From Stegostoma tigrinum (taxonomy: Eukaryota), in NCBI RefSeq assembly GCF_030684315.1, contig NC_081391.1, positions 13,121,342 through 13,185,341 of the forward strand: a DNA stretch of 64,000 nt, read 5' to 3'. The notes below the pieces were generated by a model. The model worked only from the letters and a program-made list of their open reading frames with translations. It searched no databases and was not told the origin of the DNA. Positions 23,916 through 36,632 of this stretch are shown piece after piece; within the stretch, counting starts at the first letter, position 1; the number at the start of each line of letters is the position of its first letter. The translations under genes and the position numbers were made by a program.

Positions 23916-26900
23916 ATGGCCTCCCAGATTCGTCAGAACTATCACCAGGATTGTGAAGCTGCTGTCAACAAGCAGATTAATGTGGAGCTCACTGCCTCCT
24001 ATCTCTATCAGTCTTTGGTGAGTTTTGTCTTGATGGAGTTAAAATTAAATCTATTCTGCAAAAATGAGCTGATCCTCTTGTTTCAAATTAACTTCATAGT
24101 CTTGTAGATTTGAGGTGTTTCAGTTTGCACCTTTAAAAATCATTTTGGGATAAATGTGATGCCCTTTGGTAACAATGGATTTTGATATTGATGTACAGTA
24201 TCTAATTCACCAGCTGGGATTGAGTGATAGATGGAGGGCAAATTGTTCTGTGAATTATTTTACAATTTACTGCCAGGCCTTTGCCTGGTGGTAACTGTCA
24301 TTTTCCTCCCCAGAATTGACCAGACTTTACTAAAATTAGATGTAATGGTGTTGGGAGTTGTATGCACCCCTTGGCTAGTCATCCTGTAACATTTTAATAT
24401 ACCTTGATCACACTTACTTTGTGCTCTGATCCTAAATACACATCATGCCAGTTTCCATTCTGTGATGGAGAATGATGGCAGTGACTGGCTTCTCTGAGCA
24501 TATGCACGTGTAACTTGCATTGAGGAGGCCTCAGATGTGGACTAGTTGGCTTTCTGCATTCTCAGTTCATGAATGGACTGTTAGTGGTCAGGAAGTCACT
24601 TGTTGTCCATTCCTCCAATACATCAATGCTCTCCTGTGAGTGCATGCACAGGGTGTCTGGAATAACCTGAGGTCTTCACTTCACCAAAAAAGGTGAAGAA
24701 TTGGAGTTTCAAATTCCCACGGTATGGGAAATGGTGCCTTTCTCCAGGGAGCACTGTGCCTATGGCCTCTCAAAATGGCAGGCTATAATGGTTTGGAAAT
24801 GTTGAAGCAGCTTTTGAAGGCTGCTAGGTACCTGGTAGATAGTGGACACTAGGAGTGCATTCACTCACTCCCTTCAATGAGGTGGGCTGCTCTGTCCTGC
24901 ATAGTGTCTGCTTTGTGCATGTTGCAGCTCCACTTCTTGGGGGGAAAAAGGGAGAATATTCATCCCTCGTGGGGCTTATCACTGAGAAGCATTCTCTTCC
25001 CACGCTTTCAGGATGAAATCCCTGTACCCTTCCCTTTAGCAGGTGGGAACAGCTATCACCAATAAGCCTGTTGGGTCTTAACTGTCAGTGGTGTCCCATA
25101 TCAATTGGGCAGCATGTGCCCAAACAACCCACTATTGTACATCTGTAAGATGCAGCTACCCAAGTAAAGTCAGAGAAAGTTGCATAACTGTTTTTAGACA
25201 AAAGAAACTTCTCAGCCTGATCAGTAGGAACTAGATAACCTGCTCTAACAAGGTGTAGAGCTGGATGAACACAGCAGGCCAAGCAGCATCGGGGGAGCAG
25301 GGAAGCTGATGTTTTGGGCCTGGACCCTTGAGAAATGGGGAGGGGAAGAGGTCCCTGAAATAGCAAGGGGTGGGGAGGTGGATGGATGAGGGATCAAGAA
25401 ACAGGTGGTGAGGAGACTCCGGTCTGAGGTAAGGATGGAGCCAATAAAGTCAAGTGAGTTGGGTAGGCCTGTCCAGGGAGGTGGGGATGGGGTTTGAGGT
25501 GGCGGGGGAGGTGGGGTGGGGTGGTGTGGGGAAGTAGGTGGGAGGAAGGATGGACAAGTTAGGGAGGTGGGGACTAGCTGAGCTGTGACTGGGGGAAGGG
25601 AGATCTTTCAGCTTAAGTCCTCACTGATACCATTGGGCTGCAGGGTTCCCAAGCAGAATACAAGGTGCTGTTCCTGCAACCTTTGGGTGGCATTGGAGGC
25701 CCAGAATGAACATCAACTGTCCCCTCCTGCTCCTCTGGAGGGGAAGTAGTTTGTGACTGGGAGGTGCAGCTGCTGATCACGAGCCCAGCATAGGCACTCC
25801 ACAAAGTGGTGTCAAGCCTCTGCTCGGCTTTCCTGATGTAGAGGAGGACACGTTAGGAACAGTGGGTACAGTATATCTCACTGCAGATGTGTAGGTCCAC
25901 TTCTTCTTGATGTGGAAGGTCTTGGGGCCTGGGATGAGGGGAGGTGTAGCACAATCTGTGTGGCAGGAAAAAAGCCCTGGCTAGTGGAATGGACAAGGGA
26001 ATCAGTGGTCTCTCCAGAAGGCAGCTAAGGTTGGGGAGGTAAAAAAATGTCTTTGTCAGATCGTAGATGGGATAAGTGCCAGAGGATGCTGCACTGGATC
26101 CTGTCATTGAGGTGGTACTGAAGGATGAGAGGATTCTGTTTTGGTTGTGTGCGGGATAAGATGCAAGACCGGTTGTGTTTTTCTTCCACTAAAGGGAAGT
26201 TACGCTCCCTCGGAAAACGAGGACATCTGGGATGCCCAGGAGTAGAATGCCTCCCCTCAGGGCTGGAGGTGAAGGAATTGGATTAGGGGATGGCGTTTTC
26301 CTTCCACAGGAAGGTGGGTAAGGTGTATTCTAGGTAGCTGTAGGAGTCAGTAGGTTTGAAATAGATCAAAGATTGATCGACAAACTTAAGGTTGAGGTAG
26401 AAGGCTCTAATGAATTAGAGGAACCGTTCAAGCTCCTTGTGGGATGTAATGGAGGAAGATGTGGAGTTTATGGCCCATCTCCCTGTAGAAGGATTGTTCC
26501 ACATATCCTAACAGAAGCAGGCACAGCCTGGGCCCATGCAGGTACCTATGGCCACCCCCTTCCTCTGTAGGAGGTGGGAGGAATTGAAGGAGAAGTTAGG
26601 GGTGAGGATGAGTTGGCTAGTGGACAAGGTTGTTGGTGAATGAGGACCAGTCAGGCCTGCAGGATGAGAGAAGCAGAGGGCCTTCGGCTATCTCCATGGG
26701 GAATGGATGAGGTTGGAGGCTGTGGGTGGGAGGTCATCTCCAGTGAGGTTGTAGATGGACGAGGAGATGGTTTGGTGGTCAGGGGTGGAGTCATGATCAA
26801 GGGCGGGGTGGTAGGAGGTATCGGCTGCTCTTCCACACAACTACATGTGGAACTCCAGCTCCTGGCATTTCCTTAAACCCTGTTCAGTCACGAACTTCAT

Positions 26901-28480
26901 CCAATTCTGATGGTGCTTAGAGTGGAAATGTTCTTCTCTCTACAGACAAGAACAGGCCTGGGCACCTCAGGTTTTTGTCAAGGAATTTTAAAAAGTGTTT
27001 GCCTGGTTACCAGGAGGAGGCGAGGGTTGTTCTTGATGATCCTTGAACTGGAGCCACTGGCTCATTGGACAATGGTTCTCATCCACCTTGATGTATTCAA
27101 AAAAGTCATGTTTATTGACTTCTCAATTTGATTGAAGGCTAAACCAGTCATGTCTGGCACCAATTGTATGATGTTTAATGGTTGTAACTTGTTTTCTCCC
27201 AGATGTCCTACTTTGACCGGGATGATGTTGCCCTCCCCCATGTCTCCCAGTTCTTCAAAGATCAGTCCCAGGAGAAGCAGGAACATGCAGAGAAGCTGCT
27301 GAAATTCCAGAATCAGCATGGAGGCAGTCCTCCTCCAGGATGTGAAGGTTGGTGTTGGGTTTTTGGGGTGGGGGGAGTTGGGTGGTAGAGAGTGGCTGCT
27401 CCTCAGGGATGGCACAGTGACTCAGTGTTTCCCATGCATGCCTCAGTGCCAGGGATCCAAGTTTGGTTCTTGGTTCTAGGCTCCAGTGAATGACTGACGT
27501 TTACTTGCTCTTGCCATGTCCACATTGGCTTCACGGTTCAATGATGTGTGGGTTAGAAGGATTGCCATTTAAAATGCAGGGTTACACGAATAAGAAGGGA
27601 CTTGTAGCGACAAATGTAGTGGCTGTACCTGCCGATTGGGGATGAATAAAATGATGTTGTGACCTTGGTTATTGTCACCATGACTCAAATAGCCTGTTCC
27701 CATGCTGCAGAGATTGTGAAGCTTACCTGTCCTCTCTCCATCCCCAGAAGCCAGAGAGGGATGAGTGGGGTAACAGCCTGCAGGCAATGCAGGTCGCCCT
27801 GGATCTGGAGAAGAATGTGAACCAGAGTTGGCTGGATATGCACCGAGTCGCCACAGCCCAGACTGACCCTCATGTGAGCCTTCCCACCACCTCATTCTGA
27901 TCACTGCTGGGCCCTCAGGGCAACACCTCATTGGTCTTTTGTAGATTAAAATTCACTCGGATACTTGGATCACAATGTAATATCTGAACAGTATGTTCAT
28001 TTAATCAACATCAAAGCAGCTCAGCTATGAGCTGAAATGGGAATTTGGATTCACTACCAGGAGTGATGTTGGCCAATGAATTCACTCTCAGGGCCACTTG
28101 CATTAGAATGATCATCGTCTGTCACAGTTCAGCTCAGCTCCATTTCACAAACAAGAAGGTGCATCTGGAACGTTACTGTCCTCACTGGCGCAACATCTCC
28201 TAGATGTCAGTGGCTTTTCCAGCTGTCGAGGGCCAGTTATGGTGGGGTCTGTTTCGCAGTGGGAATTCTGAAAATTTCCTGGATCATGCAAATGTACCAA
28301 GTTGCCATAATTCCTCTGTTGCAGCTGTGTGACTTCCTGGAGACCCACTATTTGGATGAGGAGGAGGAGATCATCAAGCAACTTTGGGACTACATCACCA
28401 ACCTGAAGCGCCTGGGAGCCCCTGAGAATGGGATGGGAGAGTACCTGTTTGACAGGCTCTCCCTGGAGGACAGCAGTTTG
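23916..28480 (+). pseudogene. Ferritin pseudogene, copy 3 (type C): exons 23916-24017, 27203-27347, 27748-27873, 28325-28480
   Basis: 2-nt deletion in exon 2 (ggcagtcc versus ggcagagtcc, exon 145 nt) causes a frameshift; stop TAG changed to TTG at 28478-28480; L>W in exon 3, V>E and G>W in exon 4; TATA lost; intron 2 shortened to 400 nt. Confidence 0.9.
25221..26830 (-). mobile_element. Degenerate Penelope-like retroelement in intron 1 of copy 3
   Basis: Minus strand at ~26521-26580 gives SHLLQRKGVAIGTCMGPGCA (PLE RT motif GVAMGxxxGP); at ~25801-25880 it gives IYCTHCS*RVLLYIRKAEQRL (decayed GIY-YIG endonuclease); terminal motif gctggatgaacacagcaggccaagcagcatc at 25260-25290. Confidence 0.8.
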
Positions 28481-31362
28481 TGTGGCCTGGAGTACTGTCT
28501 GCTTGGTCTGAATGCAGTCCCCACTTCACCCTGGACAACCTGTCTCCTTCCAGGGAGAAGGGGCTTGTAGCAAAGAATGTAATGGCTGTACCAGCTGAAT
28601 GCAAATGAATAAAATGATGTGTTTATCTTGGTTCTTGTCCATCATTCAGACAGCTGGATGCTGTCGGCTTTCACCAATAGGCCTATGGGAAGAGATATCA
28701 GGCTCTGCTTTCTACCCAGGTGCAGGAAACAGCTCAGTTGGGACTGAGATGAGTTCAACCTGACTCGTATCCTCCCAATGGGCCCTGACATGACCAGCAT
28801 ATTCTGTTTTTCATTTGCTGCCTTTATCCCATGTGGACACAGCCTAAAGTTACTGGGAGCGAGTGAAGGTTCAAACCCAGGCCAGTACTGGTGGGCTGTG
28901 ACCTACCCTGCCTTGTTCCAGCCTACTGTAGTTGATTGCACTGAACGGTTCATTCCTCTTTTCATGGGAGTTAAATATGCTGCTACCCTGAAGGGACCTT
29001 GGCGTAATTACCCTTAGCCTCGAGTCAATTCTCCTAGGAGCATTCTGAAGCTGGCCTAATGTGGCTTTTGTCAGTTTACTTTCTCTGACCTGTTCCAACA
29101 CCTTCATTCCTTTTCTCACCCCTCCCACCACCCCACTCCTAGCAATAAACTTCCACCCTGCCAGTCGACAGCTGGGAAAATTCAGCCCCAACATTGACAG
29201 CACCCATTTTCCATGGAGTTGGCTCAGGAAATTATCCTGAACTGTTACATGCTCATGTATGAACTCAATACCACTTACAGCAGGATCAGTGTGTCTTTGG
29301 GAGTAACACAGCAACACTCGTGGTTCAATGCTGCCATTTGATTGGCTCTTACTGCTAAAAGCAGCATTGAGTGCACTAAGCTGCTCCCTTGGTTCCTCTG
29401 TGCTTCCCCTACGGGGAGGGTTACTCCTGATGCAGGTAGATTACAACCGATCACATTGAAGGAACAGTGTGACTCAGGGAGGAGAACTGGAGATGCTGAC
29501 TTTCCTGTGCAGCTGCTTCCTTTACCTTTTCGAGGTGTCAGAGAGATGATGGGTTGAGGAGGGGGTTATCGGAGACAGCCTGAGGATTGTTTCAGGGAGT
29601 TTTGTAGCGAGTGCACGCTGCAGCCTTCACTGAAGGTGTGGGTCGTTCAGGCACTGAATGTATTTGTTCCACTACATAAAGTGTTTTATTTCAAACAATC
29701 CTGAGTCTTGGCTGTAGAATCCCCGCAGTGCGGGAAGAGGTTGTTCAGCCCCTTTAGTCTGCACTGATCCTCTGAACAGCATCTTGTTCAAACACACCCT
29801 GTCTTCTTGCCCCCAATCTTTCTATCCCACAGCCGTTCCAAAATAAACTGCATATCTCTGGACTGTGGGAGGGAAGGAACCCCCACAGACACGGGGAGGA
29901 TGTGCAGCCTCCTGAGAGTTGCCCATGACTGGAATGACATGTGGGTCCCGGGCACTATGCAGCAGTAGTGCTCGTCATTAAGAAACCATGCCACCTAAAG
30001 TAACAAAAACAGAAGCACCCTGTTGCATATGATGAGAGTCGCAAACACATTCATTACAGAAATAGACCCCATTGCCCCTGCTGATGAGGTTTCCACGTTT
30101 GGCCCATTTCCCTTTAATGCCATTCCTTTCCATGTAAATCAGCAGATGGCTTTCAAATGTTCTAATTATGCCACTTCCTCTGACAGTGTATTCCATATAC
30201 AGATCACCCTCTGTGAGGATAGAGTTGGCCTTCTGGTTCCCTTTCACATCTTTCCCCTCAAACCCATGTCTTCTAGTTTTGGACTCCCCTACCATGTCCC
30301 AGCATGCTTTTTACATACCGTCAACCTTGAGTGTGCCAGTGGCAAGGCTACATTTAGTGCTCAGCAACTGTTACACTTCAGGAGGTGGTGATGAGCTGCT
30401 TATTACAGTCCACCTGGTGTCAGCGAGACCGGAATGATGCTGCTGAGGAGGGGCTTCTGGGATTTTCAGTCACAAGCAGGGGTATTGTTCCAAGTCAGGA
30501 TGGTGACGGATTTACATGGAGCTGCTTGAGCAATGTTGGGGCTGCATTGAGTCAGCAAATTGTAAAGTATTCATTAACACTTCCTAACTGTGGTTTTGAC
30601 GATGATGGACAGGCTTTGCAAAGTCAGCAGTTGAGTTATTCACAACAGAATTCCTCGCATCTGACTTGCTCTTAAACCCATGACGATTCACAAGGTGTGA
30701 TCTCAGACCATGGTTTATGTATAATATTCATACTTGTAAGTTAATCTAATAGGACGAGACTGCAACCTGGCATTTGAAGCAGATATTGAGACAAAGTAAC
30801 TTGCTTCCACCAGTCTGTACATCAGTGCTGTGATCATACCCCAACATCTTCAATTCCCAAAGCCTCACAGGCCACCAGTCCATGGGAGGCTGCTCCATGC
30901 AACACAGTCAAGGTTGCCTGTGCTACACATTTCCAGCAGCAATTTAGACAGGGAGGCCTAAGGCCTACTGTGTAGAAGGAGACACTCAGCACATTTAACG
31001 ATTGCCTTTCAAACTGGGCTTCATGAGACCCAATGTCAAGGAGATCACAGCAGGTTCAGAATGGATCCACAAAGTACATCAGTTACACGTACTAGATGAC
31101 CCAAAAGCACATTCATTCTGTTGATGCACAGCAGGAGGAAAATGTTTAATGTCAACAAAATCTAGCCATTTTGCAATGGACTCCAACACTGTCATTCGAA
31201 ACATATGAAGACAAATCCCTCAGAGTAACAAACTGACAGAATTCAGCAAATCTGTGATGAGCGTGTCTTAATAGTTAACCTCAGATACTCAAGTGAAGTT
31301 GTAGAGTATATTTTATTGTCATTTTTAGGTTGATATACTTACCGAATTTGTACTTGTGCAGG

Positions 31363-31550
31363 AGGTCAAAGGTTAAGCAGCAATTCTATCATCGACCAGT
31401 TGTCAATTCTGATCGGTTTCTGGATCCAATTCCCATCCTGCACTGATTGGATGTGGCAGCTGATCAAGTGATTAACAAGAGTGTTTGGCCATCACTGATG
31501 ATCTCATTTCCTGCTTCAGAAAATGAGTGTTGGCTCCTGGAGTATAAATA
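31363..31550 (+). promoter_or_regulatory. Proximal promoter of copy 4 (DR1 variant AGGTCAAAGGTTA 31363-31375; TATAAATA 31543-31550)
   Basis: Same motif order as the other promoters. Confidence 0.7.
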
Positions 31551-31636
31551 GAGTCCCACGGCAGGGATGTTTACTGTTGCTCTTAGCTTTGTTATTTTGG
31601 TGGTGAGGAAAATAAAGCAAGCTTTTCCTTCATAAG

Positions 31637-34600
31637 ATGGCCTCCCAGATCAGTCAGAACTATCACCAGGATTGTGAAGCTGCTGTCAACAAGCAGATTA
31701 ATGTGGAGCTCACTGCCTCCTATCTCTATCAGTCTTTGGTGAGTGGAGTCTCTGTTGGGTGAAACATACTTCTGTTCTGTTGAAGTGAACTCTTCCCCTT
31801 GGATGTAATTAAGTTGTCTATCTTATAGACTGAGTTTTGTGGCTCCTACCTCTTTCTCAATGCAGGATGAGTGTGATGTTACTGTAACAATAGTTTGGTG
31901 TCTAATGTTACTCTAACTTGGGTCCCAGTTGGTTGTCAGTGAGATGTGGAGGGTGGAGTGTTCTTGTAGTTACTTGCCTGTCCCATGATGGTGCTGTGAC
32001 TGGTGGTAATTATCGCTTCCTGTGACTGTTTGAAACTTGAGGGAACTAATTTAAAAATGAATTGGGACTCACCATTGTGGGAATGGAAGCACCATCAGCT
32101 AGTCACTGCTTTTCTTTTCCCTCTTGTATCCTTGTTTCTATTTGAATTTTGTGGGGATCTGAAGTAAACCTGCCAATTGATAATGAGAATCTTGGTTTCC
32201 TATTGCAATCAGCTTAGAATAGGCTTGTTCTAGCCCTACAGTGATGGGCTGAGAGGTGGCAAATGGAGTTTAATGCAGACAAGTGAGGTGATGCTCTTTG
32301 GTAGGAGTAACCGGAAGGCAAAGTACAGCGCTAATGGTAAGATTCTTGGTAGTGTAGTTGAGCAGAGAGATCTTGGTGTCCACGTACACAGATCCTTGAA
32401 AGTTGCCACCCAGGTTGACAGGGCTGTTAAGGCAGTGTTTTGGCTTTTATTAACAGAGGGATTGAATTCTCTAACCAAGAGGTTATGGTGAAGCTGTACA
32501 AAACTCTGGTGTGGCAGCACTTGGAGTATTGTGTACAGTTCTCGTTGCTGCATTATAAGGATGTGGAAGCTTTGGAAAGGGTGCAGAGGAGATCTACTAG
32601 GATGTTGCCTGGTATGGAGGGAAGGCCTTATGAGGAAAGGCTGAGGTACTTGAGGCTGTTTTCATTGGAGAGAAGAAGGTTGAGAGGTGACTTAATTGAA
32701 AGATATAAAATAATCAGAGGGGTAGATAGGGAGAGCCTTTTCTGTGGATGGTGATGGCGAGCATGAGGGGTCATAGCTTTAAATTGAGGGGTGATAGATA
32801 TAGGACAGATGTCAGAGTTAGTTTCTTTACTTGGTAGCAAGGGAATGGAATGCTTTGCCTGCGACAGTAGTAGATTTGCCAATTTTAGGTACACTTAAGT
32901 CGTCATTTGACTTTAGCATATGGACTTACATGGAATAGTGTAGGTTAGATGGGCTTGATCGGTATGACAAGTTGGTGCAACATGAAGGGCCTGTACTGTG
33001 CTGTTATGTTTGAAGTTCAGATCAAACTGGGTGAGGTTGTGACTGGTATCTGATTAAGCAGATCTACTTTGCTTTTTTTCATACTGATGGGGTGGGTGTG
33101 GGCTGTCTGTATGTCAAGTGTTGGAGCTTTTCAAAGGCACAGCACTGCCATGGGGCTGAGAATGTGCTGAGGGTACTGACCCAGTGACTATGGAAAGAAG
33201 CTTATCCCTGTTGTTTGGCCTGACTCTAAACTAACTGGCCCCTTTTTCCCCAGGTGGTGGAGTGCCTGTGCCCTTCCAAGGGGTAGAATGTGTTTAGAAG
33301 GTGTTAGAAGTAACCTAAGTGAGTGTTGCAGGGTGCTGTCTGGGCTCGTGCCTGTCAGCAGGAAGTCCTGTCATGATGAGGATCAAGTCCCTGTCAGCCC
33401 CACTTTGGGAGGTGGGAACGGCTTTCATTGAGCCAGCAGTTGGGTTTCAATCGCTGACCCATTGTCCTAACACACCTTGTAAGCATGTGCCAGGAATGAA
33501 ATCCCTACCATTCTACATCTTCCAAGTGCCCATTTAAATGACAATGATAAATTGTGCTTGGGTGTTTGCATTTGAGAATTAAAGCAACTTTTTTCAGCAG
33601 GATTCGTAAGAATGTGATTCTAAATGGCTGCTTCCAATAGCAGACCTGTTAAACCTGAATATGTTGAATTGTGAACATCCTAGTTTAGAAATCTACAGGA
33701 CTTTGCCTGTTGGATTAAGTCAACAGTGGTTTTTCCAGGTTATTGTTTTAATGAGTGATCTCCTCTGGAGAGTAGTTGATCTGCAGGTCACTGTCATATT
33801 TGTGATGTGATCAGTTTGTTTCTTTCATGGGTAATGGTACAAGTTCCCAACAGTCTGAGTCAGTACAGCTGTTTTAGATGCAACAATCCAAAGGCTGTCC
33901 CTTGGCAGGCTTTCCTTTGGACTTTTCTGGCCTTTGTCAAAGGAGCAATACAGTGCCCTGCAGCTGTTCTATTGGTGTACATCCTGCACTCCAGCTCCTG
34001 GCATTTCTTGAAACCCTATTCAATCACTAATTTATCCCGTTTCTGGTGGAGGTTAATCAGTAAAAACATCAATTCACATTTGTTCTCACCAAATGCTGTG
34101 CTAGACCCCCTTGAGCAATTTACCAGGAGTTTCAAACCAAAATAAAACACATGGTATTTACAGCTTATCTAGAGGAAGCTGGGATTGTTTTGATTTTTTC
34201 CAATTCAACAGCAACTGTTCAAAACTGGGTTCTGAATTGTTAATGCATCAGGTACTGAACAGCTTACTGTCAGTTTGACTTTTTTAGAATGCTCAAGTAG
34301 CCCTATAGTTCTGAACTGAAATTGGACCATGACTTGTTAATGGGCTTTACCTTGTTCTCCCTTCAAGATGTCCTACTTTGACCGGGACGATGTTGCCCTT
34401 CCCCATTTTTCCCGGTTCTTCAAACATCAGTCCCAGGAGAAGCAGGAACATGCAGAGAAGCTGCTGAAATTCCAGAATCAGCGTGGAGGCGGAGTCCTCC
34501 TGCAGGATGTGAAGGTTGGAGTTGGTTGGGCTGGGGGATGGGATGGTCATGGCTGCTCTTGTGGTGTGGTTTCAAGTCAGTGACAAGGTTTTCATTTGAG

Positions 34601-36632
34601 TCAAAACTTTGTTCAGCCTGTTTGATCTCCTTTTTGAAGCCAGTGTAGAAAGAAGCCCTTTGGCCCACCATGTCTATACTGACCCCACAAACACTAAACC
34701 ACATTAATCCCATTTACCTGCCCTTGGTCCACAGGCCACTGTCCTGGCACTAAGTACATGTCCAGCAAGGCCTTAAACTGATCTGGAGTAGCTGGCTGTC
34801 TCCACCACCATCCAAACCTTTATGTGGTTCGTCTCATATTTCTAACTCCCCCTCGGAGTGGGTGAGGAGGGTGAAGAGAGTTTCCTCCAATCCCCTCTAA
34901 CCTGCTTACTCCACAAACCTGTATTCTCTCTGGTCTTGCTGTCTGCCATGGGGAAGACATTCCATCAACTCGCCACTCTCTCCAATAATTACATCAGGTC
35001 ACTCCCTCAGCCTTTCCTGCTCCACAGAAAATCCCAGCCTTTCTAACTTCCAATCAATGGCTCTTGGGCAACCTCACCAGCATCCCCCTGCAGTGCCATC
35101 CTGTCCTTGTGACTGTTGAGGCCCAAGAGGGAATAATGTGGTGACCAGAAAAACAAACTGTGAAGACTGGTCCCCTTCCTGTTCCACCCCACCAAACTAA
35201 TAGAGGTTGCTTGCCCTCTGTCACTGTTACACCCTGTTGACATTGTCTGAACTTTGAGGGATCTATGGTTGTGGGCCTTTCTTAACTGTTAGCAGCACAA
35301 CACACTTTGCAAACACCTCGCTGTCCCTTTGATGAATTAAATAGCCGTGATGTTTCTGATCATCCTGCTCAGGCATGTATGAAGCCACCAGCACAAGTGG
35401 TACTTGAACCTTGGCCTTGTCAGCCAGAGACAGGGGCACTAACACTGTACCATGACAGCATTTAGGCTTCACTTGTGAATATCCTCACAATTCCATCAGA
35501 TGGACCCTGATGCAAATCTTGTCATTATCCCCCACAATGACCTGTTATTCAACTTCCTCCTTCAGATCAAGGACCGACAGGCAAGGTGAAAGCAATTCTG
35601 AAGGAACTGTTCTTCAGCTGTGCTCCAGGGCTGCCTCAGGGGCGAGCAGTGTTCTCAGTGCTAGGGACACAGGTCTGGATCTGGCCTCTGGTGAGGGGCT
35701 GGTGTTTACATGTCCTCCCCATGTCTGCGTTGGTGTCCTCATAGTATAAGAGGATTGGCCATCTGAAATGCAGGGTTACAGGAATAGGGTGGGAGAAGGA
35801 CGAGTTGGGATCCTCTTCAGAGCAGTTACAGACTGATCCACGTTGTAGAGATTCTGAAGCTTAACTGTCCTTCTTTCCCTCCTCCAGAAGCCAGAGAGGG
35901 ATGAGTGGGGTAGCAGCCTGCAGGCAATGCAGGTTGCCCTGGATCTGGAGAAGAATGTGAACCAGAGTTTGCTGGATCTACACCAAGTCGCCACTGCCCA
36001 GACTGACCCTCATGTAAGCTTCACCTCCTCATTGACTTCACTGCTAGGCCCTCAGGGCAACACGTTCATTGGTTGGTCTTTTGTGGATTCGAAATTCAGT
36101 TAGACTTTGTTTTTGTGCAGATGACATGGATCACTTCAGATCCATAGTGATTACAAAATCATTGCTGAGCAGTTGAGTCCAAGTGTGTATTTTAACTTGT
36201 AAACCTGTGGGGAGGACTGAGGGGATATTGGTCACTGAATTCTCATTCAGGGCCACTGCAGTGGAATGACTTTTATCCATCACAAGTCAACTCTGCTCCA
36301 GTAAATAAACAGCAAGATGAAGCTGCTAAAAAGCAGTTGTCCTCATTGCACAATTTCTCCAGGCATTGGCTCTAGTCATCCCTGACAATCTCCCTCATAT
36401 GCACGTTTTTCAGTGGGGATTCTGAAGTTGTCTTGGATAGTGTTGATGTACCAAGTGTCATGTTCCTCTGTTGCAGCTGTGTGACTTCCTGGAGACTCAC
36501 TATTTGGATGAGGAGGTGGAGATCATCAAGCAACTCGGGGACTACATCACCAACCTGAAGCGCCTGGGAGCCCCTGAGAATGGGATGGGAGAGTACCTGT
36601 TTGACAGGCTCTCCCTGGGGGACAGCAGTTAG
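31637..36632 (+). CDS. Ferritin subunit, copy 4 (type A'), intact 176 aa: exons 31637-31738, 34368-34514, 35888-36013, 36477-36632
   Basis: Open spliced frame; exon 2 acceptor is aag rather than cag; RGGR>RGGG; C-terminus LGDSS*; AATAAA at 36760-36765; introns closely match copy 1. Confidence 0.9.
32236..33016 (+). mobile_element. Degenerate CR1 LINE in intron 1 of copy 4 (paralogue of 5532-6328)
   Basis: ORF 32440-32754 contains [16 protein letters not shown] and [15 protein letters not shown]; same intron position as in copy 1. Confidence 0.85.

Noticed and set aside
28259-28570. C-terminally extended ferritin from stop-codon loss in copy 3
   Set aside because: The upstream exon 2 frameshift and lost TATA box make it a pseudogene lesion, not a new isoform.
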